Below, piece by piece: positions 42,606-52,914 of a stretch of DNA of 64,000 bases; the first letter of the stretch is position 1; every line of letters begins with the position of its first letter. The notes beneath the pieces were generated by a model, which did no database searches, was not told the origin of the DNA, and saw only the letters and a list, made by a program, of their open reading frames with translations. The DNA is from an uncultured Bacillota bacterium (lineage in GTDB: Bacteria; Bacillota_I; Bacilli_A; RF39; UBA660), in assembly GCA_947364595.1 (NCBI GenBank), contig CANATJ010000001.1, positions 26,642-90,641 on the forward strand, written 5' to 3'. Made by a program: the position numbers and the translations under genes.

Positions 42606-43604
42606 ATGAAAAAATTAAAATTAGCTGTTGTTGGTGCAACTGGTGTAGTAGGGCGTACAATAATAAAAGTATTAGAAGAAAAAAAATTACCAATTGAAAG
42701 TTATGCGTTTTTTGCAACAAAAAAATCTGCAGGTAAAAAAATAAATATTTTAGGAAAAGAATATACAGTACAAGAATTAACTGAACATTCTTTTGATGAA
42801 AAATTTGATTATGCAATTTTTTCAGCTGGAAGTGATACATCTAAAAAATATGCTCCCATTGCCAAAGAAAAAGGATGCATTGTTGTAGACAACAGTAGTT
42901 GCTTTCGCATGGATAAAAATGTTCCATTAGTTGTCCCAGAAGTAAATTTTAAAGATGCTTTAACTCATCATGGAATCATCGCTAATCCAAACTGTTCTAC
43001 AATTCAAGCAATGCTTCCATTAAAAGCATTAAATGATAAGTATAAAATAAAAAGAATAATATATTCTACATATCAAGCTGTTTCTGGTGCTGGTAAAAAA
43101 GCTTTAGAAGATTTAAAAAACACAGATGGAAATTTACCTTTAAAAAAATTCCAATATCAAATTTATAATAATTGTATTCCGCAAATTGATACTTTTACAG
43201 AAAATGGATATACAAAAGAAGAATTAAAAATGATAAATGAAACAAGAAAAATTTTACATGAACCACAATTAAAAGTCACTGCTACAACAGTTAGAGTACC
43301 AATTACAAATTCACATTCTGAATCAATTAATATTGAATTTGAAAATGAATTTGAATTAAATGAAGTAATAAAAACATTAAAAGAATTTACAAATATTATT
43401 GTTCAAGATGATATAAACAACAATATCTATCCCATGCCTATAAATGCAACAGGTCATGATGAAGTATATGTAGGTAGAATACGTCGTGATTATTCAACCA
43501 ATAATGCCATAAATTTATGGGTAGTAGCCGATAACATAAGAAAAGGAGCAGCTAGTAATGCTGTACAAATTATTGAAAAACTAATTAACCAAAGTTCTAA
43601 ATAA
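42606..43604 (+). CDS. asd: Aspartate-semialdehyde dehydrogenase
   Basis: GATGVVG NAD motif. Active-site NPNCSTI. Confidence 0.9.
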   Translation: MKKLKLAVVGATGVVGRTIIKVLEEKKLPIESYAFFATKKSAGKKINILGKEYTVQELTEHSFDEKFDYAIFSAGSDTSKKYAPIAKEKGCIVVDNSSCFRMDKNVPLVVPEVNFKDALTHHGIIANPNCSTIQAMLPLKALNDKYKIKRIIYSTYQAVSGAGKKALEDLKNTDGNLPLKKFQYQIYNNCIPQIDTFTENGYTKEELKMINETRKILHEPQLKVTATTVRVPITNSHSESINIEFENEFELNEVIKTLKEFTNIIVQDDINNNIYPMPINATGHDEVYVGRIRRDYSTNNAINLWVVADNIRKGAASNAVQIIEKLINQSSK

Positions 43605-43616
43605 AGGCGTGATAAA

Positions 43617-44765
43617 ATGATGAATACACTAGTTATAAAATTTGGTGGTAGCTCAGTTGCGGATAATTTAAAACTAAACATTGTTGCTGAAAAAATAATA
43701 AGTTTAAAAAATGAAGCAAAAAATATTGTAGTTGTTGTTTCAGCTCAAGGTAAAAAAACAAATAAATTAACAAAGGAAGCTTTAGAATTAGCCAAAGTTC
43801 CAAATGAAAGAGAAATGGATTTGTTATTATCAACTGGAGAACAAGTATCCGCTGCAAAACTTAGTATTTTACTAAACGAAAAAGGTTATGAAGCAATTGC
43901 CTTAACAGGTTGGCAAGCAGGCATAATTACCAATGGTATTCATGGTAATGCAAAAATAAAACAAATAAATACAAGAAAAATAAACTATGAATTAGAACAA
44001 GGAAAAATAGTTATTGTTACTGGTTTTCAAGGAGCTAGTCCACATAATCACATAACAACTTTGGGTAGAGGAGGATCAGATACAACAGCAGTTGCCTTAG
44101 GAGCTGCTTTAAAAGCTGATAAATGTTACATATATTCGGATGTTGATGGAATATATTCTGCAGATCCTGATCTTGTTATAAATGCTAAAAAATTAAGTAC
44201 CATATCTTTTAAAGAAATGCAAGAAATTGCTGATGCTGGGGCTAAAGTATTACATAATAGATGCATTGAAATAGGACAAAAGTTTAATACAAACATTGTT
44301 ACCAAATCTACATTTCATAATGGAAATGGGACAAAAATATTAAAAGAAATAGAAAATACAGAAATAAAAAGCATTATTAAAAATGAAAATTTAGTTGAAG
44401 TTATTGTAAATACAAAAGATAATTCAAATGAAATTTATAAAAATTTACTTAAAAATAATATCACTATAGAAGCTTATAGAAAAAATAAAAATATTATTAA
44501 ATTTAGAATTTTAAAAAGTAGTTTAAAAAAAGCCGATAAAGTCTTAAAAAACTTAAAAACAGAATTTAAAAATATCGTTAAATTAAGTATCGTTGGATAT
44601 GGGATTGGTGGAAATAACGATATAATTGACAAAGTTATAACTATTTTAAATAATCATCATATAAAAATAAAAGAAATTAATTTATCTCAAGTAAAATTAG
44701 AAATTTTAGTAGATGAAATACATAATGATATAGTTCGCAAATTACATAAAAAAATCATAAATTAG
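43617..44765 (+). CDS. lysC: Aspartate kinase with C-terminal ACT domains
   Basis: LVIKFGGSSV. 382 aa. Confidence 0.85.
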   Translation: MMNTLVIKFGGSSVADNLKLNIVAEKIISLKNEAKNIVVVVSAQGKKTNKLTKEALELAKVPNEREMDLLLSTGEQVSAAKLSILLNEKGYEAIALTGWQAGIITNGIHGNAKIKQINTRKINYELEQGKIVIVTGFQGASPHNHITTLGRGGSDTTAVALGAALKADKCYIYSDVDGIYSADPDLVINAKKLSTISFKEMQEIADAGAKVLHNRCIEIGQKFNTNIVTKSTFHNGNGTKILKEIENTEIKSIIKNENLVEVIVNTKDNSNEIYKNLLKNNITIEAYRKNKNIIKFRILKSSLKKADKVLKNLKTEFKNIVKLSIVGYGIGGNNDIIDKVITILNNHHIKIKEINLSQVKLEILVDEIHNDIVRKLHKKIIN

Positions 44766-44778
44766 AAAGGAAAATTTT

Positions 44779-45663
44779 ATGAAAAAAAAACTATTTAAAG
44801 GTGTAGGAACAGCAATAGTTACACCATTTACAAACGAAGGAATTAACTTTGAAGAATTTGGAAAACTCATAGAAAATCAAATTACAAATGGAGTTAGTGC
44901 TATTATTGTCTGTGGAACTACAGGAGAATCAGCAACAATGACTACTAATGAAAAAAAAGAATTAATTAGTTATGCTATAAAAAAAATTAATAAAAGAGTA
45001 GAAGTTATTGTTGGAACAGGTAGTAACAATACTAAATCAGCCATTGAAATGTCAAAATTCGCAGAACAAGAAGGAGCAGATGGACTATTAATTGTCACGC
45101 CATACTATAATAAAACAACACAGCAAGGATTAATAGAACATTATAAAGCAATTGCTAAATCAGTTAAATTACCAATTATTATGTATAGTGTTGCCAGCAG
45201 AACAGGAGTAAATATAACTCCTAAGGCATGTTTAGAATTATCTAAAGTAGAAAACATTGTTGCTATAAAAGAGGCTAGTGGGAATATATCACAAGTCGCA
45301 AAAATTGCGAGTTTATGTAAAGATAATTTAGATATTTATTCAGGAAATGATGACCAAATTATACCTGTATTATCACTTGGTGGTAGGGGAGTAATTTCTG
45401 TATTATCAAATATAATGCCTAAATACACATGCGAAATGCTTAATAATTTTTTTACTGGAAATATACAAAAAGCTACAAAAATGCAACTAGAAATTATTGA
45501 TTTAATTGATTCATTATTTTGTGAAGTAAATCCAATTCCTGTAAAATATGCTTTAAATCTTTTAAATTATAAATTTGGAAAACCCAGACTACCATTAATT
45601 GAATTATCAAAACCTAACCAAGTAGAAATTAAAAAAATAATGAAAGAACATAAATTAATTTAG
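44779..45663 (+). CDS. dapA: 4-hydroxy-tetrahydrodipicolinate synthase
   Basis: GVGTAIVTPF ... CGTTGES. Schiff-base Lys region. Confidence 0.85.
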   Translation: MKKKLFKGVGTAIVTPFTNEGINFEEFGKLIENQITNGVSAIIVCGTTGESATMTTNEKKELISYAIKKINKRVEVIVGTGSNNTKSAIEMSKFAEQEGADGLLIVTPYYNKTTQQGLIEHYKAIAKSVKLPIIMYSVASRTGVNITPKACLELSKVENIVAIKEASGNISQVAKIASLCKDNLDIYSGNDDQIIPVLSLGGRGVISVLSNIMPKYTCEMLNNFFTGNIQKATKMQLEIIDLIDSLFCEVNPIPVKYALNLLNYKFGKPRLPLIELSKPNQVEIKKIMKEHKLI

Positions 45664-45673
45664 GTGAAATAAA

Positions 45674-46420
45674 ATGAAAATATTATTAAATGGTGCAACT
45701 GGAAAAATGGGAAATGAATTAATTAAATATATAGAAAAACAAGAAAATTTGAAAATAGTAAGTGGAATAGGGGAAAACATAAATAAAAATTTCAATTTTC
45801 CAATATATAAAAATGCTAATGAAATAAATGAAAATATTGATGTTATTATTGATTTTTCTAAGCCGCAAGCTACAATGAACACATTGGAATATGCTATAGA
45901 AAAAAATATTCCAATGGTTATTGCTACTACAGGTCTTTCAAATGAACAATTAGATAAAATTAAAAAAGCATCCTTAAAAATTCCAATTTTTATAAGTGCT
46001 AATATGTCTTTAAATATTAATTTAATGGCAAAAATAGTTAAAGAAATTGCCAAAGTTTTACAAAACGCTGAAATTGAAATAGTAGAAACACATCATAATA
46101 GAAAAATAGATGCTCCAAGTGGAACAGCTTTATTACTAGCAAACGCTATAAATGAAGTTTTTGAAAATACTAAAAATTATAACTTCAATAGGATGCAAAC
46201 AAAAAATCCAAGAGATAAAAATGAAATAGGTTTTTCATCTATAAGAGGAGGGAATATTGTCGGTAAGCACACTATTTTATTTTACAGTGAAAATGAAACA
46301 CTTGAAATAACTCATCAGGCATACAATAGACAAGTATTTGCTATAGGAGCTATCGAAGCTGCCAAATTTCTTATTAAACAAAAACCTGGACTATATAATA
46401 TGAATGATTTAGTAAAATAA
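45674..46420 (+). CDS. dapB: 4-hydroxy-tetrahydrodipicolinate reductase
   Basis: 248 aa. N-terminal GATGKMG Rossmann. EIVETHHNRKIDAPSGTA motif. Confidence 0.85.
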   Translation: MKILLNGATGKMGNELIKYIEKQENLKIVSGIGENINKNFNFPIYKNANEINENIDVIIDFSKPQATMNTLEYAIEKNIPMVIATTGLSNEQLDKIKKASLKIPIFISANMSLNINLMAKIVKEIAKVLQNAEIEIVETHHNRKIDAPSGTALLLANAINEVFENTKNYNFNRMQTKNPRDKNEIGFSSIRGGNIVGKHTILFYSENETLEITHQAYNRQVFAIGAIEAAKFLIKQKPGLYNMNDLVK

Positions 46421-46447
46421 AGAAACAAGATGATTCTTGTTTCTTTA
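46419..46447. terminator. Bidirectional terminator between dapB and the parB-like gene
   Basis: aagaaacaaga-tgat-tcttgtttctt, a perfect 11 bp stem. Confidence 0.7.
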
Positions 46448-46473
46448 ATATTGTAAAGTAATAATATTACTTA

Positions 46474-48174
46474 TTAATCTTTATTTATAGTAAATGTAGT
46501 TTTATATTGATTACCTAAATCCATTTCATCAACATTAATATAATACCCCAATTGTTCTATTTGATTTGCACAATCTCTAAGTATTTTTACAACTTGTGAA
46601 AAATTAGCTTGAGAATTAACTGCCTTAACTGGTTGCACTATACCACTAGAAATAGTTGAAGGCTCAGAATAATTAACCTCAGATAAATTAGAAATTGGTT
46701 GAATTGGTGTAAATGGAATTGAATTAGAATTGTTATCTAAAGATGTATTATTTATAGGTTCAGAAACTACTGGAATTGGTTCTACTATAGGAGTATCTGT
46801 TTTAGATGAATAAATGTCAGCATTTGGAACATTAGAAAAATTATCAAGTTCTTCTTCAAAAGATGAATTATTAGTAACTGGATTAGATGGTTTTGAAACT
46901 TCAACTTGATTATTCCTAAATGCATCAGCTATTGCACTAGAAATAGTTTGCTTAGCTTCATCTGAAATAATTGGAGTAGTTATAGGTTCCTCAGACTTAA
47001 CTGGAGTTGGCTCTGATTGTTGCATATTTGAATTAAAAAATTTACTTTGTTCAGTTACTGACACTGGATTATTTCCAATTTCAGATGTTTCTCTACTAGA
47101 ATCAGAAATTGGGAAAGAATTATTTTGCACATTATTTTGTATATTATTTGAAGTAGTAGGGGATACAGATTGATTAAAAATACTATCAAATGTAACAGAA
47201 TTATTTATAGGTTCAGACTTAACTGGAGTTGGCTCTGGTCTTTGCATATTTAAATTGAAAAATCTACTTTGTTCAGTTGTTGGTTCTACTGGAGTTTCCG
47301 TTGGTAAAACAACATTAATATCATTCTGCTCAGTAGGTATTGGTTGAACTGTTGTATCTTGTTTCATCAATTGAGAAATATCCTTTGGTGGTTCAGTTTG
47401 ATTTATATCTTTTGCCTCACGCATTATTTTATCAATATCCATAAAAGCTTGGCCCCTTTCTTCGATTGAATTTTCTTTTTTACTATCAAAATCATCAAAT
47501 AAACTTTCAATATCATTTGATTGATTATTAACAGAATTATTTAAAACACTACTGTTTTTTTCAGGTAATTCCTCTAATAATTTAGAAATTTCACGATCTG
47601 TTTTTTTCACAGTTAATCTTTCATTAACAATTCTATGCAACATTTCTACTTGCTTTTCTTTATCATCAATTCTAAGTAAACTTCTAGCATGTCTTTCCGA
47701 AATTTTATTATTTAATAAATATTCTTGAACCTGATCGTCCAAGTTTAAAAGACGTATTTTTTTAGTTATGGCAGATTGAGACTTTCCAATCTTATTTGAA
47801 AGTTCTTCTTTTGTAATATAACCCATATCTAAAATACGTTTATATGATACAGCCTCTTCAATTGGGCTTAATTGTTGTCTTTGAACATTTTCTAATAAAG
47901 CTATTTCTTCAGCAACTTTATCAGTTAAATTCACGATAATAGCAGGAATGGTAGTTTTATCGGCAATTTTACTTGCTTTAAATCTTCTTTCACCAGCAAT
48001 TATTTCATATCTGCCATTAACTGGTCTTACAACTATTGGTTGAATAACACCATATTTTCTAATAGAATCCGCAAGTTCATATAATTTAGGTTCATCAAAC
48101 TTAATACGTGGTTGAAACCTATTTGGTAAAATATCCGAAATATTAATAACCGCAAGTTGGTTAGATTCATCCAT
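46474..48174 (-). CDS. parB: ParB/Spo0J/Noc-family protein with a ~250 aa low-complexity, repeat-containing linker between the HTH and the C-terminal dimerisation domain. No parA adjacent
   Basis: N-terminal ParB/Srx domain with GERRFKASK (box II) and HTH. The middle is N/S/T/P/Q/V-rich with two ~28 aa repeats (TEQSRFFNLNMQRPEPTPVKSEP / TEQSKFFNSNMQQSEPTPVKSEEP). A short conserved C-terminus. 566 aa against the usual ~280. Confidence 0.8.
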   Translation of the reverse strand: MDESNQLAVINISDILPNRFQPRIKFDEPKLYELADSIRKYGVIQPIVVRPVNGRYEIIAGERRFKASKIADKTTIPAIIVNLTDKVAEEIALLENVQRQQLSPIEEAVSYKRILDMGYITKEELSNKIGKSQSAITKKIRLLNLDDQVQEYLLNNKISERHARSLLRIDDKEKQVEMLHRIVNERLTVKKTDREISKLLEELPEKNSSVLNNSVNNQSNDIESLFDDFDSKKENSIEERGQAFMDIDKIMREAKDINQTEPPKDISQLMKQDTTVQPIPTEQNDINVVLPTETPVEPTTEQSRFFNLNMQRPEPTPVKSEPINNSVTFDSIFNQSVSPTTSNNIQNNVQNNSFPISDSSRETSEIGNNPVSVTEQSKFFNSNMQQSEPTPVKSEEPITTPIISDEAKQTISSAIADAFRNNQVEVSKPSNPVTNNSSFEEELDNFSNVPNADIYSSKTDTPIVEPIPVVSEPINNTSLDNNSNSIPFTPIQPISNLSEVNYSEPSTISSGIVQPVKAVNSQANFSQVVKILRDCANQIEQLGYYINVDEMDLGNQYKTTFTINKD

Positions 48175-48332
48175 AAACTACCCCTCCCTTCTATTCTTTC
48201 AATATTATCATACTATTTTTTACAAAATATTTCAATAATTTAATGAATATTTAAAAATATATTTACGATTTTCCCATTTAATAAGCAATAAAATTACTTA
48301 TTAATAAAAAATAAGTAGAAATAAATTTCTAC

Positions 48333-49031
48333 TTATAAAGGCTTTTTCTTAATTTCAGAAAATTTTCTTGGGTATTTTTTATTAGTATAATTTAATTTTT
48401 CTATTTTGATAATAGTTCTTTGACTATTTTCAATTGGTAATAAAAACTCATTAACATTAACAATTCTAGAATCTAAAATCTTTAATGAGTTTTCATAAAG
48501 ATTAATATCTTCATGTCCTTTCATAGCTACAAAATATTTATTCTTCTTAACCATTGGAATACAATATTCAAGTAAAACATTCAAAGAAGCAACTGCACGT
48601 GCTGTTACAATATCAAATTTTTCACGATTAACCTTTGCATACTCTTCGGCTCTAGCATGAACACAAATAACATTATCAAGATTTAAAATTGAAACAACAT
48701 CCTTTAAAAAGTTTATTCTTTTATTAAGTGAATCAACCAAAGTTAACTTAATATGTGGATAAAAAATTTTTAATACAATTCCTGGAAATCCAGCACCTGT
48801 TCCAACATCACATAAACTTTCCTCATTAGTTAAATCAACAACTTTTAATAAAGTTAAACTATCATAAAAGTGTTTCAAATAAACTTCTTTTTTATCAGTA
48901 ATAGCTGTTAAATTCATTTTTTCATTATAAGAAATAAGCAAATCATAATATTTCTCTAATTTTTCTAACTGTTCTTCATTTACTTCAATTCCAAGTTTAT
49001 TAACCTCTAAAATAAATTGTTTCAAATCCAT
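48333..49031 (-). CDS. rsmG: 16S rRNA (guanine527-N7)-methyltransferase RsmG
   Basis: 232 aa. SAM motif DVGTGAGFPG. Confidence 0.85.
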   Translation of the reverse strand: MDLKQFILEVNKLGIEVNEEQLEKLEKYYDLLISYNEKMNLTAITDKKEVYLKHFYDSLTLLKVVDLTNEESLCDVGTGAGFPGIVLKIFYPHIKLTLVDSLNKRINFLKDVVSILNLDNVICVHARAEEYAKVNREKFDIVTARAVASLNVLLEYCIPMVKKNKYFVAMKGHEDINLYENSLKILDSRIVNVNEFLLPIENSQRTIIKIEKLNYTNKKYPRKFSEIKKKPL

Positions 49032-49033
49032 AC

Positions 49034-50884
49034 TTACATTCCTTTCAAATACATCATTAAAATTGAAATATCAGCAGGATTTACTCCACTAATACGCATA
49101 GCTTGTCCTAATGTATCAGGTTTTACTTCCTTAAGTTTTTGCTTAGCTTCACTAGCTAAATTATGCATTTTATCATAATCTATATTACTAGGAATTAATT
49201 TATCCTCTAAATGTTTCATTTTATTTACTTCTTCAATAGATTTTTTAATATATCCTTCATATTTAGTAGTAATCATAACTTGCTCTAATACTTCAACAGA
49301 ATATTCATTATCTAAAAATCTTATTAAATCTTTAACATCAATTTCTGGACGTTTCAATAAATCATACAAAGAAACACCATCTTTTAAAGCTGTAGTTCCA
49401 AGCGATACTAAGTAATCATTGTTACTTGGTGTAAGTCTTTTTTCTTTAAATTCCAAAATTGCTTTATCAATCATTTCTTTTTTCTTTTTGAATTTTTTAT
49501 ATCTATCATCATCTATTAATCCTACTTGATATCCATAATCTCTAAGTCTTAAATCAGCATTATCATTTCTTAAAAGTAAACGATATTCAGCACGTGAAGT
49601 AAGTAAACGATAAGGATCTCTAATACCTTTAGTAATTAAATCGTCTATTAATACACCAATATATGCTTCATTTCTTTTTAAAACTAAAGTTTTTTTTCCT
49701 TCTAACTTTAAAGAAGCATTTATTCCGGCAATCAAACCTTGACAAGCCGCTTCTTCATAACCACTTGTACCATTAATTTGACCTGCCGTAAATAAATTTT
49801 CTATAAGCTTAGTTTCCAAAGAAAACTTAAGTTGAGTAGGGTAAATAGCATCATATTCAATAGCATAAGCATATTTTAAAATTTTAGCATGTTCAAGCCC
49901 TGGTAAACTATGAACCATTTTTTCCTGTACATCATAAGGCATACTAGTAGAAAATCCTTGAATATAAATATCATCAAAATATAAACTTTCTGGTTCTAAA
50001 AACAATTGATGACGTTCTTTATCAGAAAATCTTACAATCTTATCCTCAATAGATGGACAATATCTAGGTCCGACACCTTTTATATCTGAAAGTCCACCAT
50101 ACATACTAGATTTATTTAAATTTTTTCTAATTATTTCATGTGTTTCTTCCGTAGTATATATTAAATGACAAGGTACTTGCTCATCGATATCATACATAGG
50201 TTTATTATCAAAACTAAATGTATGATATACACTATCACCATTTTCTACCTTAGTTTTTGAATAATCAATACTATCTTTAGCAATTCTTTGAGGAGTACCA
50301 GTTTTAAGCCTTTTTAACTTAAAACCTTTTTTTGACAAATTATCACTTAAATAATTAGATGGTTTCTCACCATGAGGACCCTCTCTTCTTCTTGTATCCC
50401 CAACTAAAATATCAGCATTCATATAAGTTCCTGTAGTAAGAATTACAGCATCAGCTAAAATTGAAGTATCATCTTCAAGTAAAACACCACTAACTTTATT
50501 ATTTTTAGTTAAAACATCCTTAACCAAAGCTTCCATAATATCTAGGTTTTTTGTAGATTTTAATGTTTTTAACATTTCTTTAGGATAAGTAATTTTATCA
50601 GCTTGAGCTCTTAACGATCTAACAGCTGGACCTTTAGCACTATTAAGCATTTTAATTTGTAATAAACTTTTATCAGCATTATTACCCATTTCTCCACCTA
50701 AAGCATCAATTTCTCTAACAACAATACCTTTAGCACTACCACCAATAGAAGGATTACATGGCATATCAGCTATATTATTAATGTTTCCCGTAATTAAAAG
50801 TGTTTTATGTCCTTTTCTAGCAGCAGCTAAACATGCTTCACATCCTGCATGACCACCACCAACAACAATTATTTCATACTTCAT
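49034..50884 (-). CDS. mnmG: tRNA uridine-5-carboxymethylaminomethyl modification enzyme MnmG (GidA)
   Basis: Start MKYEIIVVGGGHAGCEA (FAD motif). The track ORF is 8 codons longer. Confidence 0.9.
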   Translation of the reverse strand: MKYEIIVVGGGHAGCEACLAAARKGHKTLLITGNINNIADMPCNPSIGGSAKGIVVREIDALGGEMGNNADKSLLQIKMLNSAKGPAVRSLRAQADKITYPKEMLKTLKSTKNLDIMEALVKDVLTKNNKVSGVLLEDDTSILADAVILTTGTYMNADILVGDTRRREGPHGEKPSNYLSDNLSKKGFKLKRLKTGTPQRIAKDSIDYSKTKVENGDSVYHTFSFDNKPMYDIDEQVPCHLIYTTEETHEIIRKNLNKSSMYGGLSDIKGVGPRYCPSIEDKIVRFSDKERHQLFLEPESLYFDDIYIQGFSTSMPYDVQEKMVHSLPGLEHAKILKYAYAIEYDAIYPTQLKFSLETKLIENLFTAGQINGTSGYEEAACQGLIAGINASLKLEGKKTLVLKRNEAYIGVLIDDLITKGIRDPYRLLTSRAEYRLLLRNDNADLRLRDYGYQVGLIDDDRYKKFKKKKEMIDKAILEFKEKRLTPSNNDYLVSLGTTALKDGVSLYDLLKRPEIDVKDLIRFLDNEYSVEVLEQVMITTKYEGYIKKSIEEVNKMKHLEDKLIPSNIDYDKMHNLASEAKQKLKEVKPDTLGQAMRISGVNPADISILMMYLKGM

Positions 50885-50892
50885 TTTTTCAC

Positions 50893-52242
50893 CTACTTTC
50901 CTACACAAAATCTGCTAAATAATTGATCTAATAATTCTTCATCATAACTTTCTCCAATAATTTCACCAAGTAAATTCCAAATATTTCTTAAATCAATTTC
51001 AATCATATCAATTGGAATATCCAAAGATATACCTTTTTTTATTTCGTCTATTTCCTTTAATACTTTGACTAAAATAGCTTTACTACGAGCACTAGTTAAA
51101 TAAGTTAAATCAGCAGTTTCTATTTTTTCTAAATTAAAAATTTCCTTTATTTTACTACCAATACTTTCAATATTAACATCATCTTTAGCACTTACATATA
51201 CTGCATTTTTTATATTACTATCATCTATTTTTTTATCTAAATCAGTTTTATTAACAATAATAATATAATTTTTATCCTTTAATTTATCTAAAATTTCCAA
51301 ATCTTCAGCATTTAAAGTTTCATTATAATTTAACACAAATAATACTAAATCAGCATTCTCAATTAAATTTAAACTATTCTTAACACCAATACTTTCAACA
51401 ATATCATCAGTATCCCTAATACCGGCTGTATCAATTAAATTTAAAATAATATTATCAATAACTAAAGTAGCTTCAACACTATCTCTAGTAGTACCCTTAA
51501 CATCAGTAACAATCGCTTTGTCTTCACCAATAAGCCTATTTAATAAACTACTTTTTCCAACATTTGGTCTTCCAATTATTGCCGTTTTAATACCACTTTT
51601 AAAAATTTCTCCATTTTTACTTTCTTTAAGTATTTTAGTAGTTTTAACTTCCAAATTTTTAATAGCTTTATTAATGTGATTTATAGTTATTTTTTCTATA
51701 TCTTCATATTCAGGATAATCAATATTAACTTCAATATTAGAAATAATAGAAGCTAAATCATCTCTTAAATCACGAATTAAAGAAGAAACTTTACCACCAA
51801 CTTGATTAATAGCCATTTCTCTAGAAGTATCTGTCTTTGAATTAATTAAATCCATAATTCCTTCTGCCTCAGTTAAATCAATTCTACCATTTAAAAAGGC
51901 ACGTTTTGTAAATTCACCAGGTTCAGCTAAACGACATCCATTAACAAGAAGTAATTCTAAAATTTTATTAGTTGTATTAATACCACCATGAGCATTAATT
52001 TCTACTACATCTTCCATAGTAAAAGTTTTAGGAGCACGCATAATTGAAACTAATACTTCATCAATGATTTCTTCTTTATCTTTTATATATCCATAATGAA
52101 TAGTATGAGTAGGAGCTTCTTTTAATTTTTTATTTGAAAAAATTTTACTAACTATATCAATAGCATCTTCTCCACTTACTCTAATAATAGAAATAGCACC
52201 TACACCTTGAGCAGTAGATATTGCCGCAATTGTATCATTCAT
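50893..52242 (-). CDS. mnmE: tRNA modification GTPase MnmE (TrmE)
   Basis: 449 aa. G-domain GRPNVGKSS. C-terminal CxGK (FCVGK). Confidence 0.9.
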   Translation of the reverse strand: MNDTIAAISTAQGVGAISIIRVSGEDAIDIVSKIFSNKKLKEAPTHTIHYGYIKDKEEIIDEVLVSIMRAPKTFTMEDVVEINAHGGINTTNKILELLLVNGCRLAEPGEFTKRAFLNGRIDLTEAEGIMDLINSKTDTSREMAINQVGGKVSSLIRDLRDDLASIISNIEVNIDYPEYEDIEKITINHINKAIKNLEVKTTKILKESKNGEIFKSGIKTAIIGRPNVGKSSLLNRLIGEDKAIVTDVKGTTRDSVEATLVIDNIILNLIDTAGIRDTDDIVESIGVKNSLNLIENADLVLFVLNYNETLNAEDLEILDKLKDKNYIIIVNKTDLDKKIDDSNIKNAVYVSAKDDVNIESIGSKIKEIFNLEKIETADLTYLTSARSKAILVKVLKEIDEIKKGISLDIPIDMIEIDLRNIWNLLGEIIGESYDEELLDQLFSRFCVGK

Positions 52243-52299
52243 AAAATCACTTCCTTAAATCTCAAAAGTATTATACCACAAACAATGAAAAAAGAAGAA

Positions 52300-52914
52300 C
52301 TAGTCTTCTTTATATTTAATAACAACATATCTAAATGGAGTTTCACCCTCACTTTTAGTAGTTAAATTATCAAATTCACCTATTATATTATGAACAATTC
52401 TTCTTTCATAAGAATTCATAGGATCTAATTTAGCATCAACCTTAGTTTTTAATACTTCTTTAGCAATTTTCTTTACTTCGAAATTAATATTTCGTTCTCT
52501 TTTTTCTTTATATCCTGCAATATCTAAATTAATTTTAATATTAAATTTTCCGAATTTTCTTACTGCTTGTCTAACAACAGTTTGAATAGAATTTAAAGTT
52601 TTTCCTTCTTTACCAATTAAAGCTGCATTATCTTCAGAAATTAAAACTACAGAAATAATATCATCATGTTCATTAACTTCAATATCAAATGAAGTATTCA
52701 TTTTTCTAGCTAAATCATTTAAAAAATCTTTAATATAATTCTTTATATCATATTTAGTTACAACATATGATACATATTTTTTCTTACCAAATAACCCTGC
52801 AGTTCCTTCTTCTGTATAATAATAAACTTCATTTAAATTAACATTCAATTGTTCTAAAGACTTATTTAAAGAATCTTCCTTATTTTTTGATTCGTTTTTT
52901 ATTACTTCTACCAT
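52300..52914 (-). CDS. jag: Jag/KhpB RNA-binding protein (KH plus R3H)
   Basis: 204 aa. Conserved position after yidC. Confidence 0.8.
   Translation of the reverse strand: MVEVIKNESKNKEDSLNKSLEQLNVNLNEVYYYTEEGTAGLFGKKKYVSYVVTKYDIKNYIKDFLNDLARKMNTSFDIEVNEHDDIISVVLISEDNAALIGKEGKTLNSIQTVVRQAVRKFGKFNIKINLDIAGYKEKRERNINFEVKKIAKEVLKTKVDAKLDPMNSYERRIVHNIIGEFDNLTTKSEGETPFRYVVIKYKED

Noticed and set aside
42577-42840. 87 aa minus-strand ORF of Leu/Phe/Ile repeats
   Set aside because: It lies antisense to the start of asd. Low-complexity product of an AT-rich frame.
45655-46053. 132 aa minus-strand hydrophobic ORF
   Set aside because: Entirely antisense within dapB. No RBS.
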